A stretch of DNA of 64,000 bases, from the NCBI GenBank assembly GCA_047967505.1, contig CM106538.1; one strand, 5' to 3'. Positions within the stretch are counted from its first letter, which is position 1. Every line of letters begins with the position of its first letter. A program made the position numbers and the translations under genes. Positions 1 to 12,782 of the stretch are shown piece by piece. This DNA comes from Dipteris shenzhenensis (lineage: Eukaryota). Under the pieces are notes generated by a model, which was given only the letters and a program-made list of their open reading frames with translations, was not told the DNA's origin and ran no database searches.

Positions 1-38
1 AGGATTAACATGGTTCTTGCCTCTTAACATGCTAGCGA

Positions 39-450
39 TGTAAGAAATCCTAGATTTACTATACTTAGAAATGTGCTAAGGAACAGAATGGAGACTGAAA
101 TAGTAGAGAACAAGGAATAATTGTATTGCTTGAATGTCTGTAGGGTATCCGTTGTGTCATCCATATAATTTTGCCTCTCTTATATAGAGAGTGAAGAGTC
201 ACACATGAAAAGGTGTGTACTCCAAAGTGTGTGTGCATGAAGAGGTGTGTACCCCTTGTGAAGGGTGTGACCCTTGATGAGAGGGTACATTACAATAGAA
301 ATGTCTCTTCAATAGAGTGTCTCTTGTGCCTCATAGGAAGTGTCCCGTCGAAAGGGCAAGTCGAAAGGGCATACCCTTCCACAAGTGTCCATTCATCAAA
401 CCATCCATAAGTCTAGAAATAGAGAAAGGAATACGTCACAAATCGTGACA
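39..450 (-). repeat. 3' LTR of outer chromovirus
   Basis: Begins TGTAAGAAATCC, ends ATCGTGACA. Adjacent to the PPT. Similar to the other three LTRs. Confidence 0.95.
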
Positions 451-550
451 TCCCCTCCCACTCAAAATAAGACCCTAGTGGAGATAATGAAACCCTAGTG
501 GAGATAATGAATTGATGTAGAAAATATCACTGTAAATTCTAAAAATACTG

Positions 551-1185
551 CTATAAAATGTCAGGGTACTGCTGTAAGTCTTCATCAGATTGCCAAGTAG
601 CGTCGGAATCGTCCAGATCTTGCCAAAGAACAAGGAATTCCGTGATAAGTCGATGTCGAGTCTCTCGCTGTCGATGGTCTAGAATACGCTCAAGAATAAG
701 GAGAACATAATCGTCTTCGATTTTTGGGACATAATCACCTGCAGGAGGAACTACTTCATCGCCTGGAATGTACGTCTTTAGCCAAGAAACATGAAATGTT
801 GGATGGATTTGACCCCATGATGGTGGTAATTTCAATTTGTAACTTAAAGGTGAATTTTTCTTGACGATTCGGAAAGGTCCATAGTATCTTGTTCGCAACT
901 TAGGAAACATAGACTTAACCGTCTTATAGCGATGTGGGGCTACAAATAATAGCACCATGTCACCAGTGTCAAATTCCAGGTGACGTCTATGTTTGTTGGC
1001 AGACCGTTGATACCGCTCTTGCGCTTTTCGCATATGATCCCTGACTTGGAGTAGAATGTTATGCATTTCTTGAACCAGTTGATCAGCTAGGGCCACTCGA
1101 TGTTGAAGTACAAAATTCGTTGGTACAATCGAAGTGTGTCCATAAGCTGCTTGGAATGGAGTCATGCTGATGGCACTATGGAAAG
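551..1185 (-). pseudogene. C-terminal integrase/GPF/chromodomain portion of outer element pol
   Basis: ORF 551-1165 is nearly identical to the C-terminus of the 1542-aa polyprotein ([21 protein letters not shown]). It is cut off from the rest of pol by the nested insertion. Confidence 0.9.
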
Positions 1186-1614
1186 TGTAAGAAATCCTAG
1201 ATTTACTATATTTAGAACTGTGCTAAGGAACAGAAAAGAGACTGAGATAGCAGAGAACAAGGAATAACTGTATTGCTTGAATGTCTGTAGGGTGGATGTG
1301 ATTGTCATCCATACAATTTGGCCTCTCTTATATAGAGAGTGAAGAGTCACACATGAAAAGGTGTGTACTCCAAAGGGTATGTGCATGAAGAGGTGTGTAC
1401 CCCTTGTGAAGGGTGTGACCCTTGATGAGAGGGTACATTACAATAGGAATGTCTCTTCATTAGAATGTCTCTTGTGAAGGGTTATGCCTCATTAGGAAGT
1501 GTCCCATCGAAAGGGCAAGTGTCCCGTCGAAAGGTCATACCCTTCCACAAGTGTCCATTCATTAAACCATCCATAAGTCTAGAAAGAGAAAGGAATACGT
1601 CACAGATCGTGACA
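1186..1614 (-). repeat. 3' LTR of inner chromovirus
   Basis: TG...CA termini, adjacent PPT, near-identical to 8383-8800. Confidence 0.95.
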
Positions 1615-1694
1615 TCCCCTCCCACTCAAAAGAAGACCCTGGTGGAGATAATGAACTGATGTAGAAAATATCATGGTAGATGCTGAAAATACTG

Positions 1695-4600
1695 CTATAA
1701 AAGATCAGGGTACTGCTGTAAGTCTTCATCGGACTGCCAAGTAGCGTCGGAGTCGTCCAGATCTCGCCAAAGAACAAGGAATTCCGTGATAAGTTGATGT
1801 CGAGTCTCTCGCTGTCGATGGTCCAGAATACGCTCAGGAATAAGGAGAACATAATCGTCTTCGATTTCAGGGACATAATCACCTGCAGGAGGAACTGCTT
1901 CATCGCCTGGAATGTACATCTTTAGCCAAGAAATATGAAATGTTGGATGGACTTTACCCCATGATGGTGGTAATTCCAATTTATAACTTAAAGGTGAATT
2001 TTTCTTGACAATCCGGAAAGGTCCATAGTATCTTGGTCGCAACTTAGGAAACACAGACTTAACCGTCTTATAGCGATGTGGGGCTACGAATAATAGCACC
2101 ATGTCACCAGTGTTAAATTCCAGGTGACGTCTATGTTTGTTGGCAGACCGTTGATACCGCTCTTGCGCTTTTCGCATATGATCCCTGACTTGCAGTAGAA
2201 TGTCTTGCATTTCTTGAACCAGTTGATCAGCTAGGGCCACACGATGTTGAAGTACAAAATTTGTTGGTACAATCGGAGTGTGTCCATAGGCTGCTTGGAA
2301 TGGAGTCATGCTGATGGCACTATGGAAAGAGTTATTATAAGCAAACTCGAGGAGTGGTAGATGCTCTTCCCAGGCTGCGAGGCGTGACTGAACATAATGT
2401 CGAAGCATTTCTTCCAGAACTTGGTTGACTCTTTCAGTCTGGCCATCTGATTCTGGGTGGTAAGCTGAACTGAACAGTAGAGTAGTACCCAAAGATTCGA
2501 ACAGTGAAATCCAAAAGTGACTGGTAAACTTAGGATCTCTGTCGGATATGATATTCTTGGGTAATCCATGGTATCGGAAACTGTGTTGTATAAAGAGTTT
2601 GGCTATGTCCGGGGCCTGTGCACTGCTTTTGCAAGCAACAAAGTGTGCCATTTTGGACAAGCGATCAACAATTACCATAATCTGAGTGTTACCTCGGGAA
2701 GATCGTGGTAGTGTTGTAATGAAATCCATGGAAATACTTTCCCACCTTTCAGTTGGAACTGGAAGAGGCTGAAGAAGTCCTGTTGGAAGTCGTCGACTTG
2801 CTTTCATTTGTTGACATGATAAGCAAGATGTAACCATGTTGATGACATCTCTTTTCATCTGAGGCCAGTAGTATGTTGCACTGATTAACCGATAAGTCTT
2901 ATTGATGCCTGGATGGGCAGCATAAGGAACTACATGATGCTCTTTTAACAAAAGACGGCGAACATCCTTGTCATGTGGTACACAGACGCGATCTTGATAA
3001 TACAGAAGGTCGTCCGTATAAGAATAGGATGAGAAAATCTTTTGTTCGGAAGTCGAAGGTTGATCTTTGGAAAGAACCTGTACTGCTGTGCCGAAGTCTT
3101 TATCATTGAAATACTTTCCTTTGAATGAATTCGGAACATCCACAGATAATGTAGAGATTACCATGGCTGATGCTAGAGGTAACCTGCTGAGAGCATCTGC
3201 AACTACATTGCGTAGTCCTGGAATGTACTCAATGGTCATGTGAAAGTTGGCCAGAAACTCAACCCAGCGTGCTTGTCGAGCGTTCATGACTGGCTGAGTA
3301 AAGATATACTTGAGAGAGTGATGGTCTGTCTTGACCACAGAGTCGGCACCCATGAGATAATGTTTCCAAGAGCGATAAGCATGTACAACAGCAAGAAACT
3401 CCTTATCATAGACTGGATATCGGGTTTGGATATCAGAATGTTTATGGCTGTCAAAAGCAATAACTCTGCCTTCTTGCATCAAGACTGCTCCTGTAGCGAT
3501 GTCGGAAGCGTCGGTCATGACCTCAAACGGAAGGTTTGGGTCAGTAATAGCCATAACTGGTGTGGTAGTGAGTGCTTGCTTGAGTTGTTGCAAACTATAC
3601 TCTGTTTCGGGAAGCCACTGAAAAATTGCTGTGCTTTTCAATAATTCGGACATAGGAGCTGCGATTTCGGAAAATTGATAGACCTTTGTATGGTAGAAGT
3701 TTGCCAATCCGAGAAAAGAGCGGACATCATGAACATTCTTAGGAGTAGGCCAGTTTCGGATTACCTCGACCTTCTTGGGATCCACAGAGATACCTTGAGC
3801 GGAAATAACATGTCCCAAATATTCAAGTTGGGTCTTGAAGAACTCACTCTTCTCAATGTTGATGTAGAGAGAATTTGTGCGGAGAACTTCAAAAACTTGG
3901 TGAAGATGTTGTTTGTGCTCATGTAGGGATCTGCTGAAAACGAGGATGTCATCGAGGTAAACGATGACGAACTTATCGAGGAAAGGCCTGAAGATGTCGT
4001 TCATTAATGTCATGAATGTGGCCGGGGCATTGTTTAACCCAAAAGACATGACCAAACATTCATAGTGTCCATACTTTGTTCGAAAAGCTGTCTTGTACTC
4101 ATCGCCTTCTCGTATACGAATTTGATGATAACCTGAACGAAGATCAATCTTGGAGAAGTGTGTTGCATGTAGAAGTTGATCGAAAAGGTCATCAATGCGA
4201 GGCAATGGATACTTGTTTTTGATAGTGAGCTTGTTGAGGGCTCGGTAGTCGATGCAGAGGCGCATAGACTTGTTCTTTTTTTCCACAAGTAGTACAGGAG
4301 ATCCGAAAGGGCTGCGACTGGGCCGAATGTGACCTTTGTCAAGTAGCTCGGTGACCTGTCTTTGGATTTCTTCATTTTGAGTGTGAGAAACCCGATAAGG
4401 AGGCTTCGACGGTGGATTACTGCCGGGAATAAGTTCGATTGGGTGATCCATTGGTCGTCGAGGTGGCAACTGCTTTGGCAATTCCTGTGGAAAAAGGTCT
4501 AGGTAGGGCTGGAAAAAAGGTTGGTTGAGGTATTCAGGAGGACCCTTAGCTGGTGTCTCCTCTACTGTCGTAACCAACAGAAGTGAAGTCTTTGCTTGGC

Positions 4601-6323
4601 GTTTACGAACCCACTTCTTTACTTGTAGGGCAGAGGCAACTGGGGTTGAAGGAGAGTCCCTAGAACCAGTTAGCTCAATAAGTTTTCCCTGGTGGACAAA
4701 CTGGATAGTATGGCTGCGAAAACTGATTGATGGATCATAGTCGTAGAGCCATTGTTGTCCGAGTATGACATCGTACCGAGAAAGAGGCATAATGTCGAAG
4801 TTCAACTTGTCGGTATAATGTTGGATGCGAAAAGACAAGTTTTTGATCGTGGTGTTGCCCAAGAAAGTTGTTCCATTTGCGAGTTCAATTTGATAGTCCA
4901 TGAGGCTAGGACTGGTGGTCAACCGAAGTTTATCGACCACAGAACTGGCTAGGAAATTATGAGAACAGCCACTGTCGATGAGGATGGTGATCGTTGTTCC
5001 ACGAATCGATCCTTGAACACAAAGTACTTGAGTGGCCAGGGAAGGTTCGGGGTTGCTGGCAAGGCTCAGGTGGATGGTATTCGCCATTCGAACAGCTTTG
5101 CCTTTCTTGTCTTGTGCTGAGGTAGCATCTTCTTTTGGGGAAGTGCTAGGTTCCATATTAGAATTTTGCTTTGGTCGCTTGGGACAATCGAACCATCTAT
5201 GGTCGCCTGTACAGATGGTACAAAGTTCTTTTGAGCTGGAGTTGTTCTTCTTGTCAGTGGCCGCACCTTTATGTTGGGGATGTCGGTAATGACTTTGTGA
5301 AGAAGAAGAAGCGCGATCCTTGGGAGAGTGCTTCTGTTGGAATCCAGCAAATGATTTCTGAGGCTTCTGGGGATCTTGAGACTGTCGCTGACCTTGATTA
5401 CCGAAGTTTTTTCGAAACCTGGTGTTATCTTGAGGGCGAGCACCTTTGGCCATAGGAGAGTTTTGTGTGCGATTAGCACTCTGCTTCCCTGTGTTTAGGA
5501 AATCTGTAATGCGCTCTGCGTAAGCAATAGCGCCATCTGTGGTGGTGATGTTTGCTTTAAGAACATCAATGCGTAATGACGGATGTAGGCCTGAGATGAA
5601 AGCATGAAGGCGATCATCCTCAGTTAAACCATCAATCTCCAGCACCAATGTGGTGAACTGAGAGATATAGGAAGACAGGGAACCCGTTTGCTCCAACTGT
5701 CGGAGTTTTGACCGTGCTTGGAAGTCCACATTGGCAGGTACAAACTGCTTACGGAGCACGTGTTCAAAACGTTCCCATGTTAACACACTTTTTCTGTCCT
5801 TTAAGCGTCTTTGCCACCATAGAAATGCTGTATCCTTCAGGAGGGAGGCTGCCAAGGCGATCTTTTTGCCTTCCGTGAGGTCAACAGTGTCAAAATACAT
5901 GCGCATTTTAGCGAGCCATTGGTCAACTGTTCGGCGATTTCGTTGACCAGTGTAGGCTTCCGGAAGTTTGACGTCAAGTCGTTTTGTTTTGGAAGCTTGA
6001 AGTAATCGGTAGAGAGCACGCAGTTCAGTGTTTTCTACCTCTGGTGGGAAAGAGTCCGCATTGTCGTCGGGTTGCGTCACGTCGTCCTCTGTATGTGCTG
6101 GACTTCGAGAATCTTGGAGTTGTTGAACTTTTTGAACCAGGTCGGAGATGCTGTCCTGAAGCTGAGATATTTGAAGTTGTAATAGAGATTCACTGTGGAC
6201 ATTGCCTTCAGGGGTCTTTTTGGGACTTGATTCTTTAATCTCGGGAGAGGCTTCACGCGAGCGGTGTGACATGTTGGAAATCCCTGTGAGAAAAGCGCGA
6301 ACTTGCGCTCTAGTTTGTACCAT
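1695..6323 (-). CDS. Gag-Pol polyprotein (gag, Zn knuckle, aspartic protease, RT, RNase H, integrase, chromodomain)
   Basis: 1542-aa ORF with [13 protein letters not shown] knuckle, [10 protein letters not shown] protease, YLDD RT, TDASD RNase H, H..H..CLSC integrase Zn finger, [19 protein letters not shown] core, YYGPF and a C-terminal chromodomain. Confidence 0.97.
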   Translation of the reverse strand: MVQTRAQVRAFLTGISNMSHRSREASPEIKESSPKKTPEGNVHSESLLQLQISQLQDSISDLVQKVQQLQDSRSPAHTEDDVTQPDDNADSFPPEVENTELRALYRLLQASKTKRLDVKLPEAYTGQRNRRTVDQWLAKMRMYFDTVDLTEGKKIALAASLLKDTAFLWWQRRLKDRKSVLTWERFEHVLRKQFVPANVDFQARSKLRQLEQTGSLSSYISQFTTLVLEIDGLTEDDRLHAFISGLHPSLRIDVLKANITTTDGAIAYAERITDFLNTGKQSANRTQNSPMAKGARPQDNTRFRKNFGNQGQRQSQDPQKPQKSFAGFQQKHSPKDRASSSSQSHYRHPQHKGAATDKKNNSSSKELCTICTGDHRWFDCPKRPKQNSNMEPSTSPKEDATSAQDKKGKAVRMANTIHLSLASNPEPSLATQVLCVQGSIRGTTITILIDSGCSHNFLASSVVDKLRLTTSPSLMDYQIELANGTTFLGNTTIKNLSFRIQHYTDKLNFDIMPLSRYDVILGQQWLYDYDPSISFRSHTIQFVHQGKLIELTGSRDSPSTPVASALQVKKWVRKRQAKTSLLLVTTVEETPAKGPPEYLNQPFFQPYLDLFPQELPKQLPPRRPMDHPIELIPGSNPPSKPPYRVSHTQNEEIQRQVTELLDKGHIRPSRSPFGSPVLLVEKKNKSMRLCIDYRALNKLTIKNKYPLPRIDDLFDQLLHATHFSKIDLRSGYHQIRIREGDEYKTAFRTKYGHYECLVMSFGLNNAPATFMTLMNDIFRPFLDKFVIVYLDDILVFSRSLHEHKQHLHQVFEVLRTNSLYINIEKSEFFKTQLEYLGHVISAQGISVDPKKVEVIRNWPTPKNVHDVRSFLGLANFYHTKVYQFSEIAAPMSELLKSTAIFQWLPETEYSLQQLKQALTTTPVMAITDPNLPFEVMTDASDIATGAVLMQEGRVIAFDSHKHSDIQTRYPVYDKEFLAVVHAYRSWKHYLMGADSVVKTDHHSLKYIFTQPVMNARQARWVEFLANFHMTIEYIPGLRNVVADALSRLPLASAMVISTLSVDVPNSFKGKYFNDKDFGTAVQVLSKDQPSTSEQKIFSSYSYTDDLLYYQDRVCVPHDKDVRRLLLKEHHVVPYAAHPGINKTYRLISATYYWPQMKRDVINMVTSCLSCQQMKASRRLPTGLLQPLPVPTERWESISMDFITTLPRSSRGNTQIMVIVDRLSKMAHFVACKSSAQAPDIAKLFIQHSFRYHGLPKNIISDRDPKFTSHFWISLFESLGTTLLFSSAYHPESDGQTERVNQVLEEMLRHYVQSRLAAWEEHLPLLEFAYNNSFHSAISMTPFQAAYGHTPIVPTNFVLQHRVALADQLVQEMQDILLQVRDHMRKAQERYQRSANKHRRHLEFNTGDMVLLFVAPHRYKTVKSVFPKLRPRYYGPFRIVKKNSPLSYKLELPPSWGKVHPTFHISWLKMYIPGDEAVPPAGDYVPEIEDDYVLLIPERILDHRQRETRHQLITEFLVLWRDLDDSDATWQSDEDLQQYPDLL

Positions 6324-6954
6324 CCCTGAAAGAGGATTCGGGCTGCTCCCTGAGGTTGCTCATATTGGAGGGGGCAGGCGAGGTAGGATGGAACCACCCG
6401 TGGAAATCTGGTAAGGGAGGTCCTGTCGGAGGTAACACTGGAGATTCTGAAAAAGGTGTTACTGCTCGTGATAAGACAGGGGTAGGTAGCAGAGTCCACG
6501 GATCTGAAAAAGGGTAAGGAGCTGCTGTCGGAAGAGGAGGATATCTAGGAGAGGGAGTGCCTTCAGAATGTAAATACTGACTTGGAGAAGGTACAACCTG
6601 TAGAGGAGGATATCGGGGAGCTGAAGGAGGTGGAGAGTACCCTGGGGATGCCGAAGGTGAAGGGTAAAACTCTCTCCAAAAATGAACAGCAAATTCCTGA
6701 GGAATATCGTGTTCCGGATATCTTCGTGTCTCGTGGAACACAACCTGTACTGTGCTGAGGAAATAATGTAACTGAGGTGCCTCACGCAGAAGGTAGAGGA
6801 TGTGATCCAAGTCACTCGGAGGGCACGTGACACAGAAGACCCAAGATGCAAAGGCTCCAAAATGGGCTGGCTGTGCAATTTGAACACGATATTGTGTAGT
6901 AGCAGGTGCCTGAGGTGTCCTTGAATGGCCGGGTGAATTACCAGGGGTTTCCAT
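6310..6954 (-). CDS. Additional 214-aa ORF upstream of gag, unknown function (conserved N-terminal domain + Pro-rich tail)
   Basis: Same length and position in the second copy (12769-13413). Residues 19-80 are identical between copies despite about 16 nucleotide substitutions, all synonymous. Confidence 0.8.
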   Translation of the reverse strand: METPGNSPGHSRTPQAPATTQYRVQIAQPAHFGAFASWVFCVTCPPSDLDHILYLLREAPQLHYFLSTVQVVFHETRRYPEHDIPQEFAVHFWREFYPSPSASPGYSPPPSAPRYPPLQVVPSPSQYLHSEGTPSPRYPPLPTAAPYPFSDPWTLLPTPVLSRAVTPFSESPVLPPTGPPLPDFHGWFHPTSPAPSNMSNLREQPESSFRDGTN

Positions 6955-7379
6955 GCCTTAATGTGGATTCTTTCATTTGCTGTAATTTGTTAAAGAGAAT
7001 CCGTAAAAAGCAGATTGGAAAGACTCCACCTGGCAATACTTTAATCTGCCAAGTGATTGCGTAGAAGAAGGCTGCAAATCGTTGTCCGGAGGTCCATGTT
7101 GCAGTGTTTTGCGAGGAGTGCTCGAGGCTTATCTGGTCCGGCTGTCAACGGGCTGTCTTCATCGCGAGAATAGTTGCAACTGGTGCTGAAATTGCAGGGT
7201 AAAAATGGCGAAACAAGGAGAGGGCAGCAGGCTGTCAGGAAAAGGCAGGTTTCCAGGGCTGCAATGGCAAGGCCAGGGCTGCAAATAGCGAGGGGGGCTG
7301 TCAGCGAAAGTGGCGAAACAGTGACTGGCAGCGCAGGGAACAGGGGCTGGCAGCGCAGGCTGATGAAGATCTGCGCTGA

Positions 7380-7675
7380 CCGTACGGCTTGTACGGTGCA
7401 GGCTGGCTGACCGTACGGCTGTACGGTACAGGCTGTACGGCCTGTACGGCAGGCTGGCTGGAGTACCGTACGGACTGTACGGTTGAATTTTGCAGGCAGA
7501 AAATGACGAGGAAAGGCGCAGGCTGGTGGCTGGCTGCGCAGGTGGGTACCGAAGGATGGCGCAAGGCTGTACGGCTGCTGCGCAGAAGGGTACGGAAGAG
7601 ATGGCGCAAGGCTGTACGGCTGCTGCGCAGGCTGTACGGAAGAGATGGCGCAGGAGGGTACGGAAGTCCGTACAG
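7380..7675. repeat. Degenerate tandem array of GCTGTACGG-type units in the inner element leader
   Basis: About 17 GTAC cores, about 14 of them as GTACGG/CCGTAC, in ~300 bp. Confidence 0.85.
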
Positions 7676-8369
7676 ATTTTGTCTTGCGTTGAAAGAGAAG
7701 GTGCGACTTTTCGCTAGGGCTGCCAAAAGGGTTAGTTGCCCCAAAAATTTAAATGGGGGTTTAGTTTAACCCTAGGGTAGTTAGGGTAAACCTAGGGGTA
7801 GGGGATGGGTTTAATTTTTGTCCCTTTTTACCCCTCTAGGTACCCTTTTGTAGGTACTTGGGGCCTAGGAGGTGTGCCTATTCGAAGGGGTGTGACCCTT
7901 GGAATAGGTGCACCTGTTCATGAGGGGATATGTCCCTATTGTTAAAAGGGGTGCGACCCAGCATGAATAGGTATGTCCCTTTGCCCACGATGGGGTATGT
8001 CCCATGAGTGAGGAGTCGAGACTCGTCACCAAAAGGTGTGTCCCATGGTGGAGCTAACTGGTTCTAGGGACTCTCCTTCAACCCCAGTTGCCTCTGTCCT
8101 ACAAGTAAAGAAGGCGTGTCCCTTGGTTTTGGGACAGCCCAAGCACCTGAAAGGACACGATTTTGGTCGTGTCCATTCACATCAACTTGTGATGTGAGGG
8201 AGATGGAGAGGCCAGGATGACTTTAGGCCGGGTAGGCGTTTAAAAATTTTACGCTCATCCTCTCCATCTCTTCCATGCACAATGTGCACGGACGTCCTTC
8301 TAGCGGCAAAAATGTATCAGATCAGCGCTAGAAGGTGGGGGGCATTTCCTACAGGCAGGAGCGAATTTT

Positions 8370-8381
8370 GCTCTGATACCA
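8370..8381 (-). promoter_or_regulatory. Primer-binding site (tRNA-iMet) of inner element
   Basis: GCTCTGATACCA on +, i.e. TGGTATCAGAGC, next to the LTR edge at 8383. Confidence 0.95.
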
Positions 8382-8382
8382 C

Positions 8383-8800
8383 TGTAAGAAATCCTAGATT
8401 TACTATATTTAGAACTGTGCTAAGGAATAGAAAAGATACTGAGATAGCAGAGAACAAGGAATAACTGTATTGCTTGAATGTCTGTAGGGTGGATGTGATT
8501 GTCATCCATACAATTTGGCCTCTCTTATATAGAGAGTGAAGAGTCACACATGAAAAGGTGTGTACTCCAAAGGGTATGGTGTGTACCCCTTGTGAAGGGT
8601 GTGACCCTTGATGAGAGGGTACATTACAATAGGAATGTCTCTTCATTAGAATGTCTCTTGTGAAGGGTTATGCCTCATTAGGAAGTGTCCCGTCGAAAGG
8701 GCAAGTGTCCCGTCGAAAGGTCATACCCTTCCACAATTGTCCATTCATTAAACCATCCATAAGTCTAGAAAGAGAAAGGAATACGTCACAGATCGTGACA
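8383..8800 (-). repeat. 5' LTR of inner chromovirus
   Basis: Differs from 1186-1614 by about 4 substitutions and one 11-bp deletion (by eye). Confidence 0.95.
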
Positions 8801-8805
8801 GAAAG

Positions 8806-11800
8806 AGTTATTATAAGCAAACTCAAGGAGTGGTAGATACTCTTCCCAAGCTGCTAGGCGTGACTGAATATAATGTCGAAGCATTTCTTCCAGAACTTGG
8901 TTGACTCTTTTAGTCTGGCCATCTGATTCTGGGTGGTAGGCTGAACTGAACAGTAAAGTTGTGCCCAAAGATTCGAACAGTGAAATCCAAAAGTGACTGG
9001 TAAACTTAGGATCTCTGTCGGATATGATATTCTTGGGCAATCCATGGTGTCGGAAGATGTGTTGTATGAAGAGTTTGGCTATGTCCGGAGCCTGTGCACT
9101 GCTTTTGCAAGCAACAAAGTGTGCCATTTTGGACAATCGATCAACAATTACCATAATCTGAGTGTTACCTCTGGAGGATCGTGGTAGTGTTGTAATGAAA
9201 TCCATGGAAATACTTTCCCACCTTCCAGTTGGAACTGGAAGAGGCTAAAGAAGTCCTGTTGGAAGTCGTCGGCTTGCTTTCATTTGTTGACAAGAAAAGC
9301 AAGATGTAACCATTTTGATGACGTCACTTTTCATCTGAGGCTAGTAGTATGTTGCACTGAGTAACCTACAAGTCTTGTTGATGCCTGGATGGGCAGCATA
9401 AGGAACTACATGATGCTCTTTTAACAAAAGACGTCGAACATCCTTGTCATGTGGTACACAGACGCGATCTTGATAATACAGAAGGTCGTCTGTATAAGAA
9501 TAGGATGATAAAATCTTCTGTTCGGAAGTCGAAGGTTGATCTTTTGAAAGAACTTGTACTGCTATGCCGAAGTCTTTATCATTGAAGTACTTCCCTTTGA
9601 ATGAATTCGGAACATTCACAGATAATGTAGAGATTACCATAGCTGATGCTAGAGGTAACCTGCTGAGAGCATCTGCAACTACATTGCGTAGTCCTGGAAT
9701 GTACTCAATGGTCATGTGAAAGTTGGCCAGAAACTCAACCCAGCGTGCTTGTCGAGCGTTCATGACTGGCTGAGTAAAGATATACTTTAAAGAGTGATGG
9801 TTTGTCTTGACCACAGAGTCGGCTCCCATGAGATAATGTTTCCAAGAGCGATAAGCATGTACAACAGCAAGAAACTCCTTATCATAAACCGGGTATCGGG
9901 TTTGGATGTCAGAATGTTTATGGCTGTCAAAAGCAATAACTCTGCCTTCTTGTATCAAGACTGCTCCTGTAGCGATGTCGGAAGCGTCGGTCATGACCTC
10001 AAATGGAAGGTTTGGGTCAGCAATAGCCATAACTGGTGTGGTGAGTGCTTGCTCGAGTTGTTGGAAACTATACTCTGTTTCGGGAAGCCACTGAAAAACT
10101 GCTGTGCTTTTCAATAATTCGGACATAGGAGCTGCGATTTCGGAAAACTGATAGACCTTGGTATAGTAGAAGTTTGCCAATCCGAGAAAAGAGCGGACAT
10201 CATGAACATTCTTAGGAGTAGGCTAGTTTCGGATTACCTTGACCTTCTTGGGATCCACAGAGATGCCTTGAGCTGAAATAACATGTTCCAAATATTCGAG
10301 TTGGGTTTTGAAGAACTCACTCTTCTCAATGTTGATGTAGAGAGAATTTGCGCGGAGAACTTCAAAAACTTGGTGAAGATGTTGTTTGTGCTCATGTAGG
10401 GATCTGCTGAAAACGAGGATGTCATCGAGGTAAACGATGACGAACTTATCGAGGAAAGGCCTGAAGATGTCGTTCATTAGTGTCATGAATGTGGCCGGGG
10501 CATTGTTTAACCCAAAGGGCATGACCAAACATTCATAGTGTCCATACTTTGTTCGAAAAGCTGTCTTGTACTCATCGCCTTCTCGTATGTGAATTTGATG
10601 ATAACCTGAACGAAGATCAATCTTTGAGAATTGTGTTGCATGTAGAAGTTGATCGAAGAGGTTACGATGCGAGGCAATGGATACTTGTTTTTGATAGTGA
10701 GCTTGTTGAGGGATCGGTAGTCGATGCAGAGGCGCATTGACTTATTCTTTTTTTCCACAAGTAGTACAGGAGATCCGAAAGGGCTGCGACTGGGCAGAAT
10801 GTGACCTTTGTCGAGTAGTTCGGTGACCTATCTTTGGATTTCTTCATTTTGAGTGTAAGAAACCCGATAAGGAGGTTTCGACGGTGGATTATTGCCGGGA
10901 ATAAGTTCGATTGGGTGATCCACTGGTCGTCGAGGTGGTAACTGCTTTGGCAATTCCTGTGGAAAAATATCCAGGTAAGGCTGGAAAAAAGGTTGGTTGA
11001 GGTATTCAGGAGGATCCTTTGTTGGTGTCCTGTCGACTGCTGTAACCAATAGAAGTGAAGTCTTTACTTGACGTTTACGAACCCACTTCTTTACTTGTAG
11101 GGCAGAGGCAACTGGGGTTGAAGGAGAGTCCTTAGAACGAGTTAGCTCAATAAGTTTTCCCTGGTGGACAAACTGGATAGTATGGCTGCGAAAACTGATT
11201 GATGGATCATAGTCGTAGAGCCACTGTTGTCCGAGTATGACATCGTACCGAGAAAGAGGCATGATGTCGAAGTTCAACTTGTCCGTATAATGTTGGATGC
11301 GAAAAGACAAGTTTTTGATCGCGGTGTTGCACAAGAAAGTAGTTCCATTTGCGAGTTCAATCTGATAGTCCATGAGACTAGGACTGGTGGTCAACCGAAG
11401 TTTGTCGACCATAGAACTAGCTAGGAAGTTATGAGAGCAGCCATTGTCAATGAGGATAGTGACCGTTGTTCCACGAATCGATCCTTGAAAACAAAGTACT
11501 TGAGTGGCCAGGGAAGGTTCGGGGTTGCTGGCAAGGCTTAGGTGGATGGTATTTGCCATTCGAACAGCTTTGCCTTTCTTGTCTTGTGCTGGGGTAGCAT
11601 CTTCTATTTGAGAAGTGCTAGGTTGCATATTGGAATTTTGCTTTGGTCGCTTGGGACAATCGAACCATCTATGGTCGCCTATACAGATGGTACAAAGTCC
11701 TTTTGTGCTGGAGTTGTTCTTCTTGTCAGTGGCCGCACCTTTATGTTGGGGATGTCGGTAATGACTTTGTGAAGAAGAAGAGGCACGATCCTTGGAGGAG

Positions 11801-12782
11801 TGCTTCTATTGGAATCCAGCATATGATATCTGAGTCTTCGGGGGATCTTGAGACTGTCGTTGGAGTTTTTTTGAAACCTGGTGTTATCTTGAGGGCGAGC
11901 ACCTTTGGCCATAGTAGAGTTCTGTGTGCGATTAGCACTCTGCTTCCTTGTGTTTTGGAAATCTGTAATGCGCTCTGCGTAAGCAATAGCGCCAGCTGTG
12001 GTGGTGATGTTTGCTTTAAGGACATCAATGCGTAACGAGGGATTTAGGCCTGAGATGAAAGCATGAAGGCGATCATCCTCAGTTAAACCATCAATCTCCA
12101 GCACCAATGTGGTGAACTGAGAGATGTAGGAAGACAGGGAGCCCGTTTGCTCCAACTGTCGGAGTTTTGAACGTGCTTGGAAGTCTGCATTGGCAGGTAT
12201 GAACTGCTTATGGAGCACGTGTTCAAAACGTTCCCATGTTAACACACTTTTGTCGTCCTTTAAGCGTCTTTGCCACCATAGAAAAGCTGTATCCTTGAGG
12301 AGGGAGGCTGCCAAGGCGATCTTTTTGCCTTCAGTGAGGTCAACAGTATCAAAATACATGCGCATTTTTGCGAGCCATTGGCCAACTGTTCGGCGATTGC
12401 GTTGACCAATGTAGGCTTCTGGAAGTTTGATGTCAAGTCTTTTAGTTTTAGAAGCTTGAAGTAAACGGTAGAGGGCACGTAGTTTAGTGTTTTCTATCTC
12501 TGGCGGGAATGAATCCGCATAGTCGTCTGGTTGCGTCACGTCATCCTCTGTATGTGTGGTACTGCGAGAATCTTGAAGTTGTTGAACTTTCTGGACCAAG
12601 TCGGAGATGCTGTCGTGAAGCTGGGAAATTTGAAGTTGCAGTAGTGTTTCGCCTTGTACGTTGACTTCAGGGGTCTTTTTTGGACTTGAGTCTTCGATCT
12701 CTGGAGAGGTTTCACGCGAGCGTTGCGACATATCGGAGATCCCTGTGAGAAAAGTGCGAACTTGCGCTCTAGTTTGTACCAT
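8806..12782 (-). pseudogene. Degenerate gag-pol of outer chromovirus
   Basis: Fragment ORFs (11679-12782, 10828-11628, 10223-10528, 9341-10180, 8786-9205) are colinear with the intact polyprotein but broken by stops and frameshifts. Confidence 0.93.

Larger units (their letters stand above)
1186..8800 (-). mobile_element. Intact Ty3/gypsy chromovirus (inner, younger copy)
   Basis: LTRs 1186-1614 and 8383-8800. TSD GAAAG at 1181-1185 and 8801-8805. tRNA-iMet PBS (TGGTATCAGAGC, minus strand 8370-8381). PPT from 1615. Uninterrupted gag-pol. Confidence 0.97.

Noticed and set aside
471-511. 20-bp tandem duplication next to the outer PPT (also small duplications near 29680 and 62850)
   Set aside because: Ordinary slippage duplications with no evident function.
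6459-6887. 142-aa alternative-frame ORF present in both chromovirus copies
   Set aside because: Substitutions between copies are non-synonymous in this frame and synonymous in the 214-aa frame, so it is a shadow ORF.
7380-7675. CRISPR-like appearance of short repeats here and at 13805-13965
   Set aside because: No constant repeat with unique spacers, eukaryotic TE context, and no cas genes.
7174-7769. Several Arg/Ala/Gly-rich ORFs in the leader
   Set aside because: By-products of the GC-rich tandem array, not conserved in the sibling copy.
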